This document shows, in pieces, positions 38,001 to 48,812 of a stretch of 64,000 nucleotides of DNA. The stretch covers positions 5,394,001 to 5,458,000 of the forward strand of contig CM114271.1 in assembly GCA_050084515.1 (NCBI GenBank). Reading direction: 5' to 3'. How positions within the stretch are numbered: position 1 is the first letter of the stretch; every line of letters begins with the position of its first letter. The translations under genes and the position numbers were made by a program. The stretch is from Blasia pusilla (taxonomy: Eukaryota). Below the pieces are notes generated by a model. The model worked only from the letters and a program-made list of their open reading frames with translations, searched no databases and had not been told where the DNA came from.

Positions 38001-40948
38001 TGCCGTTTGGCATAATTTCTGGTCAAACTCAGATGCAGAACGTGTCAGTATTTTCATAAGTAAACTTTCAGATACTTTATAATATGACAGCACTGCACTT
38101 GTAAAGCAGTGCTGTTCATAACAGAACTACAACCATCAACTCACACAGATGCAACAGACTCTGAAGATTTTAGTAAAGCCAGGTTCAGACACTCAGCAAG
38201 GATTCTATACTACTGGATTCCTGGCCATAAGATCCAGATCCTGGTTGGAAGGTATGAGAAAGAGCTAGATTTCCCACAAGACTTCAGATTACGAGCAACC
38301 AACCTTGAAGCTTTCTGGAACCCGTGCAAAAATGACAAAAACTCCGCGGGTGAACTGTAACCTCCTGCCATCCTGCATGCTCTCAAATATTCCATGGCCT
38401 ACACAAACCAGGGACGAAGAAAGATTCAGCACCCTCACCCATGATGTTGGAACCATTCTCTTCAACACGGAATCTTCTCCCGATGGGAACGGCGGAGGCA
38501 CTTTGTTCAGTTCGGACGGAGAAGAGGATGTCCGAGGGGCAGAGGTCTTACATGTCGATAACCAATCGCCCGAGATGGTGGACTGGTGTTGGGAAGAACC
38601 CCTTGGTCGAGTAAGTAAGAAGATTCTCCCAAAAGTCCCTCCGGATCTGGAGAGAAGAAGTCGCAGCGAGGTGTGACAATCCGCAGGCCTTAAGAATGCG
38701 ACAGACTTTAGAAAACAGTTGAAACTTCTGACCACCAAACATCTCATAGAGTGATGCCCAAAGCCTGTGGAAATTACCGATCAACATTTCCTCACATCGT
38801 TGGTCAATGCGCCTGTAGAGCTCCATTCTCTTTGAGAAGAGAAAGTAGCACTGGAAATCATAATCCTGCTCCCCACCGTCTGGGTGGTGGCTCCCGAGAT
38901 CTGTAGATTCCACAAGAGGAGCATCCCTGGCAGTCATCCAAGGAAGGGGGAAGGAGGACTGAGGCCGCCCGCTTATCTGCCACATGGAAGTGCCCACAGA
39001 CTGAGCTTTTCTGCGGCGTCGTGTGCTCCCTGCGTAACCCGCTCATTACCAAGCCCTCGGGCGAGCATACTGTCTGTCATACATGAAGGACGATCATCCA
39101 AGCGGTGGGTCTAAGGAGAACACAGCTGACCTTCAAAATTTCCAGCGATCGCCGGAGACGGTACCAATCATTTCGGGCAAGCTTGTGGGCAGTCTCAGGG
39201 TCACCTGCTTCAGCTAGGTATTGTACACCAGCGTCCCAACCCCCACCAGCTCGCTGTAATTCCGAGATCTCTGCCTCCACAGCAGCGGACTGCTCTTCTG
39301 TCGGCTTGGGGGTATCCGGCTTCCCACTCATAAACCTGGGACATCCTCGAGTTGGGTTAGCTGCGATTCTCGTCTCCACTTTGGCTTGTTTGCGCGCATT
39401 GAACATGCCTGAAAGAGCCCGAAGAAATAAGCAAAGTGGTCCACAAAGAGAAGAGTATACCATCGAAGATACAGCCCGGTGCCTCCCACGACTATAGGAA
39501 CACGGCCCCTTGCCAGCACGCTCTCTGTGGCTGCCCTGGCGTCCGTGAAAAAGTCCCCCACGCTGTACTCTGTCACGAAGGTAAACGATTCGGACAGTCA
39601 GTGAGCAACCCTCTGCAGATTAGACAATCCCAGAAAGCGGTTTTTTGCAGTTGTCGATCGTCTGCAGTGATAAAGCACCCAGCAGGGAATGGGAATATAC
39701 CTTGGGTCGGCTCGACTATATCAATGAGATGATGTGGAATACCCTGTGGCATAGTCGACATGGAGTGGTGAGTTGGTAAGGATCTGCAAACGTATCGGCA
39801 CGAAGAATCTTCCTTGTACAAACTGTCCAGCGAAGCCAAGCAACTGCAAGAAACTTGTGGCAAATGGAGAGCAAATTGTGAGCAGCTACGCTAAGGACTG
39901 ATGAGAGCGAGAACCTGTCTGTCCTTCAAAGGCGTCTTCGCACTACCCACGTCCAGGCCCTTATAAACCTGCAATTCGCGTTCCTTTGCATCAGTCTTGA
40001 CGAGCGTGATCCAGCTAAAATTCTCTCGTTTATTTGCGCGATTGCTGTTCCTCTCAAACAATGACATCCGCTAAACACTGCAAGCCACATAATCCCGAGA
40101 GTAGACCATGTGCTACATCTCGCGACAGGAAACTGCTGGAACAGCAATTCGCACAGACTACACGCAGCACAAATTAGATTCGACAGGCGGAACAAAACTA
40201 AGATTGTCTGAGACACTGGCGAGATCATCTACCCTGTCGACGCAGAATTCGATTTTCCAGACGGCAAAACATTCCAAGATTCGTTGGTTCGGTTTCATGA
40301 AGGTAATGACAATTGGGTAATGAGGACTATGAAATGTGATAAAATTGTCAGGGCCCACACAAACCATTCGAAAGAAACAAAGGATCCCACAAGAAGGAGC
40401 TTGCTTACTTGCACAGAATCGGCACTTATTATCTCCCCATTCAAACGCTTCGCCAATGAAATGGCTACGGAGCTCTTGCCTACTCCTGTGGGACCCGTAA
40501 TCACAATTACGCGGCCTTTTTCACATGAGGCCCCCGTGCCCTTCATTGCATACTGTCCGCGCAGAAGAAACATGATCACAAGTCTTCTTCGTCAGCTGCC
40601 TTTCCCTGCTCGCTTGCCGTCGATGACTGAGCCAAGCGTTGTCGAGAAAACCCAGAAAAGGAAAGCAGTGACTAAACATAGGAAGATCTCAATCCGTCTG
40701 ATTTTGTATACCTGATAGACAGCACGCGCTGCCGACACCCTCGCACTCGTCAGTGTTTCAGATTGTCTCCATGCACCGCACTCGGTATTGCACAATGCAG
40801 ATCCTTCCACGAGTGGTGGGGAGGCGTGATGTCTTGTCCCCTGCGGACAGATTTTTACATGCTGAACAGCGATTACAGTAGATTCTTCCGACCCACTTGG
40901 ATAGGAGCCCAGCAAGCAATCACCAATACGTCCTTGGAGATGCAGCAT
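35020..40948 (-). CDS. IPT9: tRNA dimethylallyltransferase, MiaA-like (IPT9 type)
   Basis: Twelve GT-AG exons: 40948-40712, 40552-40409, 39968-39915, 39743-39701, 39569-39461, 39335-39131, 38976-38778, 38646-38552, 38398-38304, 38018-37943, 35461-35316, 35101-35020. Motifs [66 protein letters not shown]. The start codon is tentative. Confidence 0.93.
35650..37400 (-). mobile_element. Possible LINE remnant (Lys/Glu-rich ORF1 and start of the APE endonuclease) inside the long IPT9 intron
   Basis: The minus strand is purine-rich and K/E-rich with stops. [12 protein letters not shown] at 35936-35901 resembles the APE motif (PDIxxLQETH). Contains a 99/106-bp tandem duplication at 36665-36878. Confidence 0.4.
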
Positions 40949-43859
40949 AAAAATGTCGCTCGGATTAAGTCCAGGAAAGGATGCCCGCTCCAAATAAATG
41001 GAAAGTTCCTGCTCAGCGTAAAGACGTCGTGCGTGATGCAGCGGCTTCAACCGGTGGTGCTTTGAGCTCTGCAGATGCACCCGCTTCCAAAGAAATAACA
41101 GACGCTGCGCTCTGAATCGCCCGTTCACTTTCCCTTATCCCGATTCCTGTTTACGCAGTGGAAGTGACAGACTCGGAGATGCAACAAGCACAATCAATGG
41201 TCCGTTTTCCTATCCGTGTTTCGAAAGTGGACAACAGACGAAAAGCGGGCAGGGTTCGTAGATTTAAATCTGCGTCACTGTGAGATCACTTCGGCAAGCA
41301 CATGACAGAACTGAGGAATGCGCCTTGGTGTGAGTCGAGAGACGAGGCTAGCTCCTTCCACCAAGGTCCATCCAGAGAGTAACTGCAGTTAAAAGGAAAT
41401 AAATGGTGACTTTCTCTGACTGCAGAGTAAAGGTCGTGAAATAAGTTGGAGCAGGCACAGAAAGGTCCTCATTCTCGTCCCATATACCGTGCAGCATCAG
41501 CTCCCCGCGTTTCCCTCCCAAGTTGGGGGCAGAAAGTTCGGACTTTAAGCAAGTACTTCCGCGGCTCCGCCCTCTCCTGTCGGACTACGCATGAAACAGT
41601 TCCGAGCGAAGTTTGAACTTGAAGCTACGAGTGTTCCTCTAACCACCAGTTGAACAGTCCGGTTCAGTTGAGCGAGCTCGTAGGCTCATAGGGGCGGGAA
41701 GAGGGCTTTATTTAAAGCTGGTCTTGTCTCCTACCACACCTCGTGACACCGGCCAGCCGCAAAGGGAGACAATCGACGCGCAACACCTGATGTGCCTGCC
41801 TAAAGTGTCCTGCTTTCTTCGTCCACGGCAGGCATATGGAAGCGAATGACACGCTTAGTAAGTAGGTTAGGTACGGCCATGACGCGCCACTGTTGTTCGA
41901 ATCACGTCAGAAGGTCAAGTGGATTCGAGCGCATTCACAAGTGGTTCTTAGAGATAAGGGCCAAGTTGCAATACTAGTTTATCTCAGTCTCTCTTAGTTA
42001 GGCCTTCTTGATCCGTAAGAATGTGGTTAAGGACCACACGCGCTCACACACCGCGTAATAAACGTATGCAACAAAACGTTGATCAGCTCCGTCGAAGATC
42101 GAATATGGGGGGGGGGGCACCTGCTCCTGTAGCGAAGATATGAGGTTTTCTCCCTCTGCCTTTCAACCAACAGGGCCCGCCCTTTCAAGAAGCACTCAAA
42201 ATCCTGAAAGTGGTCCGGCAAGTTCTGGCAACAATTCATCGCTACCGTGAACACTCCAGAATTCACCCACTGATCGGGAATCTGATTCTCATCTTGTTGT
42301 ATGAGATGGGGGATAATCGCACACTGCAGTGTCACTCGGAACTTTCTAATCATGCTGAGAATCAGACGAAACGTCATACATGCAGTCCAGGTGTACGACC
42401 TCAATGTGCCAGGTTGTTAAAAAAAAATTAGCTTTGCGCCTTTCTCACACAAGATAAATGCAATTCCTCAATATCCCTAAACCTTATTGTTGTCAGAAGT
42501 TTCTGTCACAGACCAGGTGCTGCAGACAGACGTTATTCCTCTAGACACCCTGGGCTCTCTCCTTACGCTAAACTAAACCAATTAAAAGCTGCTCACTGTG
42601 GGATGAAAAATCCACGTCGGGAGGTCGTTTGCCAATCCTTAATATGCTCTTGTTGTTCGTTCATCAGCACTTGTTTGCAAATTCTTAATATACTTTTCGT
42701 GTTTGTTCATCAGTATTACTTCTAGTGAGGAATCCGCACATAACTCCTGAATGAGAATTTGGTCCTCATACTACGCCCAGAGCCGGTTCACAAATCAGGA
42801 CCAAGTGTGACTCAGTCCCCTCCCACCAGCCTTCCAAAAACTCTACAAACCGAATCTGTTGGAAAATACACACTCGGCCCAGTTATGTAAGCCCTTGATG
42901 CGCCATGTCGTCCTGACAACTCTACCCCAGGTTTGTTCCTCATCCACACCCACGCGCAAACAGGTGATCGACAGCTCAATTCATAGCACCCCTTCGGCAT
43001 CAATGTATCAAACCCTAATCAAGCAACCTTCGGAAGATCGCAACTTCCGTGATTTCTTAAGTGGGATGGTACACCCTTTGTCATTACTCTCCGAACAAAC
43101 AGACTAAATGCTCGATCTCAACGTGCCCCAAACGAGCTTTCATTCATCTCAGCATCTTCAACTAGCAAGCAGCAATGAGTTGTCTAGAGTCTAGAAGTTC
43201 GGAGCAACCCACGTCACAGTAACCAAAACCAACAGGAAGTTCCAATTTCACAAAAGAATCGTGGCTGTACTACCAATCTGAAAATGACACCACATTATCT
43301 TGATGGATGAAAAAAATCATTCGGCATTCATTGTGTGTGGACTACGACTAAATCGAAAAAATAATACAACTTTTCCTACCTACCATAAAGAGATTGGATT
43401 CTTCCTTACCTGTACAGGGGACCCATAAATTGACATGGGACCCATTAAGATCTGCTCCTAGCCGCGGGTGCTATGCCGGAATGAGCTGTTCTGTCTGTAA
43501 AGTCCAGAATTTGTGGACATGGAACTTCTTCATCAGAGAAATGGAATCGACTCGAATACACAATGCGTTCGGTTTAGATGAGTGACTTGAAGCAGTTGAA
43601 CCCTGGGGAACTCTGAGCTCAGCCGAAGTACTTTCTTCGCTCCAAGCCCGGCCATGCCTCAGCTCCCCAGCTTCTGCTGTTTGTATGCAAGAGTTTGAGG
43701 CAGAGATGAGAGTCTGGGCCTTTGTGCAAGGGTCATATACTCCCATTGCTCCAATTGGTCTTCGTGAACTTGATTTTCTTCGTCAGTCCGTGTTGTGGAG
43801 CAGACGGTGTTGCTTGGCACCAACGATTGGTTCCTTCCGGTGGTTAGAATAACAAAGAA

Positions 43860-45125
43860 TCAAGACAAATGGAACAGGGGAGAATGTATGTCTGCTAAGG
43901 AGCATGGACAGATTGGATGCACTAGTGCAAGAAACTCATCCTCATGCAAAGGTACGGGGCTATTCTCATCAAGATATTCCGGAAAAGGCGCTTCAGGATC
44001 CACGTTGCTTCTCTTTGCGAAGTGAAAGTTTGCGAATTCCATCCCCGATTTGTAGTTTGAAATGCGTTCTTTGAGTTGCCACAACAGAAATCGATCATTT
44101 GGCACACGCATGGTAAAAGGTTCACCGAAATAGGATAGGAACTTTCCAGTTCTATCAGGTAACATATGCGAAAGTCGCAGAGTCCGTACAGCACTCCTAA
44201 CCTTCTGTGCAGGAATCTCTTCCGCCTTCAAATCCTCGGTCACATCTCTAAGCTTATCTTTGGAACTATAGATTTTTATGATTCTATGGTCTACTACCCC
44301 GGCAATTTGAAGCCATCGTGACGGAGGGAGACGCATACGCGATTTAAGTTCCACGATCACATCGGCGACAGTGCAATCCCCGGACATCCTCAAATTGTAG
44401 TTCCTAGCCCGCACAGAGCTAAAACTGCGGAACGAAATTCTCAAATCCTTAATTTTCCCATCCAGGGTTGTACTTCTTACGAGATCTACAAGAAGCGTTG
44501 GCTTTCTGATAGCCAACTCCTCAAAACCGGGAGCGTTCACAATTTGCTTGAGATTACAACCAATAAACTCCTTGCACCTTTCAAACAGAGAAGCATCATA
44601 AAGCACAGCATGCTCCAGGATATTGAGCGAATTTTCAACCGTAAGCATGTCCCCTAGAACAGGGCTGCAAATTCTGGCCAATTGTGGTACCTCATACTTG
44701 TGGCAGGCAGCGAGCACCTCCAATCCAAACTTCTCTATGTCCTCACGGCTCAAACTTCCCGTATACAGCAGCCTCAAGAAAGCTCTGAATGCTCCCGTCG
44801 TCATGTCCTCCACCTTCACCACAGACGTAGTCTGCTCCAGCATCTTGTTCTGGAACATAGCCCTAAACACAGGCGAGACGCTCGCCAATATGCACCTGTG
44901 CGCCGGCGTCCTATCGAGCTCCGACTCGAACGTTATGTCCGAATGCAGGCCGTCCTCTAACATCTGCTCCACGGTCGATCGAAAATGCTCTCTATCCAGC
45001 TGCTCCACAGCCAGATCCGCCTGCTTCCGTTTCAATCCTCTCTCCATTTTCCCCTCTTGTTGCTGCCAGCCTCCTTGCGGCCTCTCCTCCTCCCTCCTCC
45101 ACTCCCAATTACTCCACGACTTCAT
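43860..45125 (-). CDS. BTB/POZ-BACK-like protein fused to a USP7/UBP12-type C-terminal ubiquitin-like region, 421 aa, intronless
   Basis: BTB motifs SDITF...PAHRCILASVSPVFRAMF...FRAFLRLLYTG...ACHKYEV. C-terminal TVADVIVELK, HRIIKIY, LKAEEIP, FGEPF, PEYL resemble the UBP12/13 C-terminus as I recall it. Confidence 0.88.
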   Translation of the reverse strand: MKSWSNWEWRREEERPQGGWQQQEGKMERGLKRKQADLAVEQLDREHFRSTVEQMLEDGLHSDITFESELDRTPAHRCILASVSPVFRAMFQNKMLEQTTSVVKVEDMTTGAFRAFLRLLYTGSLSREDIEKFGLEVLAACHKYEVPQLARICSPVLGDMLTVENSLNILEHAVLYDASLFERCKEFIGCNLKQIVNAPGFEELAIRKPTLLVDLVRSTTLDGKIKDLRISFRSFSSVRARNYNLRMSGDCTVADVIVELKSRMRLPPSRWLQIAGVVDHRIIKIYSSKDKLRDVTEDLKAEEIPAQKVRSAVRTLRLSHMLPDRTGKFLSYFGEPFTMRVPNDRFLLWQLKERISNYKSGMEFANFHFAKRSNVDPEAPFPEYLDENSPVPLHEDEFLALVHPICPCSLADIHSPLFHLS

Positions 45126-46329
45126 AAAATTCCGCTTCTCCTCCCCCTTCTAACCTCCTCAATTCCCTCCCCCTCTCAACCACCTTCCTTCCTTCCCTCC
45201 CCTACCAATTCTCCTCCTCCTCCTCCTCCTTCTCTCCGTTCCTTAAAGAATTGAACGCGCACCACCTCTCTTCGCTGTTCCTCCACACGAATTCCACTGT
45301 CATTTCAGAGCCGCTGCGATCGAAGAAACCAAAAGATCGAGAAAGCGTGAATACTACGAGAGCCTCTCCTCTTGCTTCCTTTCGTCTCCTCTCTTCGGCC
45401 CTTTCTGTTGGCCCCGGCCCGGCCGGGCCCGGCCCGGCCCGACTCTTGTGTCTGTCCGTCTGTCGATTCCCACCATCCAGCCTCATCTAAAGATCTTAAA
45501 AGGTCCAGAATTAGCGTCTCTTGGGACGGGGACCCGTGCCTCGGCGCGGGCCCAGATCCGACGGCCCACGGCGCTCGATGCAGCATCGGATGCAGGTTGG
45601 TGGGGTCGGTCGGCACTGAGACCTGGTATGGTAGGTCGAAAGTTGACCCGCCACGGGTTGTCCTCGAAGAAACGCACGCAGGCTCAGGATTTACACTCGC
45701 CCGAAACCGGCTGACTGGCCGGTAATTTCTCACGATGAAAGTTCCCGGGGACCGATCTGTTGGTGTCGTCGTAAGTACGCTGCCCCACCGAGCATCCCCA
45801 CCTTGTTGTTGCCTTTATCGACGGACGATCTCCCTCTCCGTCCGACGGAGGTCCGTTTATTGAGGAAGATCGTCCCTCTCCGTCGACTCCTGTGTCATTT
45901 ACATCATACGTATCCGCGCTCCCCGCGTACATACGACAAAAATATCAGTGGACTCCGTCCACCCCTTGCCGGACGCTGTTCGTGTGATATATGGACGGGT
46001 ACTAGGATTCCTACCGGATCGTCTCACACTTTAGGACCGAGTTCTCACGGAGGAGAAAGCATTGTTCGACAAAGATTTTACTCTAACGATGCCCGGATGA
46101 AAATTCCCCCGTAAGGAACTGCCCCACGACGAAATCTTGCTCGTTGACGTCATCACGACTGCCCGGTGGCAGGGTGAAAGTTTACGGGATGTTTTCCATG
46201 TAGGAGGGCGACTCAAAGGCCTCAATTGATTTGCAAGGAGGGTTTAGGGATTCTTGATTTGAATGCTACCTAAAATATTCGCCACATGCGAATCACGAAT
46301 CCAATCATCATACACGTGGCTAACTAGTT

Positions 46330-48083
46330 AGGGGGGCGAGTTGTGGTACACTTGTGTTTGTGGATGTTCTCGTCTATGTTATGTATGTATGTGAGTATGG
46401 TATGTAAGCGATGTATGTTATATGACGATGTGGATTCGTACGACATCTATCATGACCATACGGATTAGGTCGTAGAGTATAATGTGCTAGTAGAGGCCAT
46501 ACCTTATGTAGGGCCGTAGTGTCTAGCTAAAGATGCGGTTTCATACATAGGGTTGGGGGTTACTCCCTTGAGGATGACTTTTCCAGTAGGGCCCGCTCTT
46601 AGGTTGGAGGATATAGTGTGGAGTGCACTCAAAGAACAGTTAGTTCTTTGAATTGAGCCTGTTGCGTTGGGAGTTAGCCTTGGTAGTGAATAGAGTTCTT
46701 GGCTATGGTGGTTCCCGCAAGCTTCAACCTGGATTCTCGACCCTCATGTCGCGACCCTCATGACCAAACGAGTGTCAAGCGGAACATCAGAACATTAGCG
46801 GGCTCACGCTAAGATGGTTTGCGCGTTGGAGTAATCTCGAAGAAGAGACAAGAGACGAGACGCAAGCGAGGCTTCGCGTTTCAGATGTTATGGTCGCGAA
46901 TGAGAAACCTGGACCAAACGCGGAACAAGACTTGAAAGGAGTTGAGTCTAGGAAGTGGGTTGCCAAAGGAAGAATCCGGATTTGGAACGCCACTAGCATT
47001 TGAGAGTTTCCGACTGTATTTATAACCATAAATTTTAGCGTTGAGATGCGTTTGGATTAAACAAGGATGCATTGGAAGGCTTATGGAAAGCCGGTTCAAA
47101 CGCACTAAAGATCTCTGCAAACGCATAAGCAGTGGCTGAGAAACAACCCACAAACGACTGTAAGTAGAGTCGGGTTGAGGGCCACAATGAAGGGCCCGAC
47201 CCTCCTTTTCCAAAGGGGGGAGTTTATTGGAGAATCCTAGAAGTACTAGTAAGGGGGAATGTCTCCGAGAGTGCTTGGAACTCGAACCCCACTTTGGGCG
47301 CCATGGGGCGGCTCAAAGGCATGGAACGGATCCAGAGTTTGGGGTTGGGTTGGAAAACCTGAACCAAGTCTACGGAGGCGATTTTAGACATCCCTCTTGG
47401 ATTCCACCCCGTGACTCAATTACTTGGGTCTCGGTTTGGAACTCACACGAGGTCCGTTGAACAGTTGGGATCGCTAGGCACGCAAGTGCCGTTTTAGGTT
47501 CATGGACTAATCAGGAAGTCTATTCCAAGTCTTGAAGGACTTGCCATGTTTTGGAAACGAGGAATTAATGAAAGTTGAGCTTGATGAGATGCCGAGTTGA
47601 GAACTTGGTGGGTTGGAACGCTGATTGGCCCGGACCCGACTAACGAGAGTGCGTGTTTGGTGCAGATTGGTGATGAGATCGTGTCCTACTGAATGTACGT
47701 TTCGCAACACTAAATATTGACGTTCAAGGAGAGTAGGGGCGCGACAAGTAAGGCCCGCTCTTAGGTTGGAGGATATAGTGTGGAGTGCACTCAAAGAATA
47801 GTTAGTTCTTTGAGTTGAGCTTGTTGCGTTGGGAGTTAGCCTTGGTAGTGAGTAGAGCTTTTGGCTATGGTGGTTCCCGCAAGCTTCGACCTGGATTCTC
47901 CCATCGTGGAGTGGGTTTGGCTCGATTGTATGTGATTCTATACGTGTTTTATGATAGTAGGTCTTTCACGGATTTCAATTGTGGTGCACTTGTGTTTGTG
48001 GATGCTCTCGTCTATGTTATGTATGTATGTGAGTATGGTATGTCTTCGATGTATGTTGTATGACGATGTGGATTCGCACGACA
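46330..48083 (+). mobile_element. 3' end of a second split-repeat retroelement: PPT-B1'-A'-B2'
   Basis: AGGGGGGCGAG (46330-46340). A 105-bp B1' at 46341-46445 matches B2' at 47979-48083. A' starts TATCATGAC at 46448 after a 2-nt spacer. Confidence 0.8.
46747..47746. mobile_element. Solo-LTR-like 1.0-kb insertion
   Basis: Termini TGTCGCG...CGCGACA form a 7-bp inverted repeat. There is a TATTTATAA box near 47018. Its last 52 bp recur at 48084-48135. Confidence 0.7.
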
Positions 48084-48588
48084 GTACGCTTCGCAATACT
48101 AAAAATTGACATTCAAGAGGAGTAGGCACACAACATTCTCTCTCCATAGTCATTGCTTATTTTCGACAATGCATCTCGATGATCTTACAACGCGCACAAA
48201 CTTTGGCCATTATACATCAAGCTAAAGTAGTTGGGACCTCTCATTTTGTTGTCCATTCATGTTTCACTAACCATTATTATTATTGTTAGATTTGTTTCAA
48301 ACCATTAATGGTGTAGCTCATTGAATTGTTTTTCATGTCGACTTATTTCCATTTTACTTTTGCATCTCATTTCGTTTTTATTGACTCATTCCTTTCTTGA
48401 AATATTACTACCTTTTTATTTTTAAAATAAATAGAGATCTATACGTAAATTTATAATAAGTACGGACTTGCCCACCTAAGCTTTCTTTGGGTGTAGGTAG
48501 CGAATGGCTCGACGACAACTGTCCGAGGGCGTCGAGAAACCCGGCCGGGCGGGCTACTTAGAGCGGGTCGTTGCACTCACAAACCGGG

Positions 48589-48616
48589 TAGGGTTTCTCA
48601 TTAGTTAGGGTTAGGG
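48589..48616. promoter_or_regulatory. Telo-box upstream of NOB1
   Basis: TAGGGTTT at 48589-48596, plus TTAGGGTTAGGG. Telo-boxes are typical of plant ribosome-biogenesis gene promoters. Confidence 0.55.
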
Positions 48617-48812
48617 CTCTGTCTCCAACTCTTCGTCGTTTGCTTCCTGCAATCTCTGTGTTTGCGCAGAAGTTGTTTTTTCTGAGCAGAGCAGCGAATG
48701 AAAGCGGACTGAAATGATCGATGGGAATTCGGAATTGGATTGCTTCGGCTGAGGAGAATTGAGACGCAGGCGTGGGAGAGGAGTGGGGACGTAGAATGGC
48801 GGTCACTGCGGT

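Noticed and set aside
45409-45440. GGCCC-rich palindromic run upstream of the BTB gene
   Set aside because: Compatible with ordinary site-II-like promoter motifs, with nothing else to support a distinct element.
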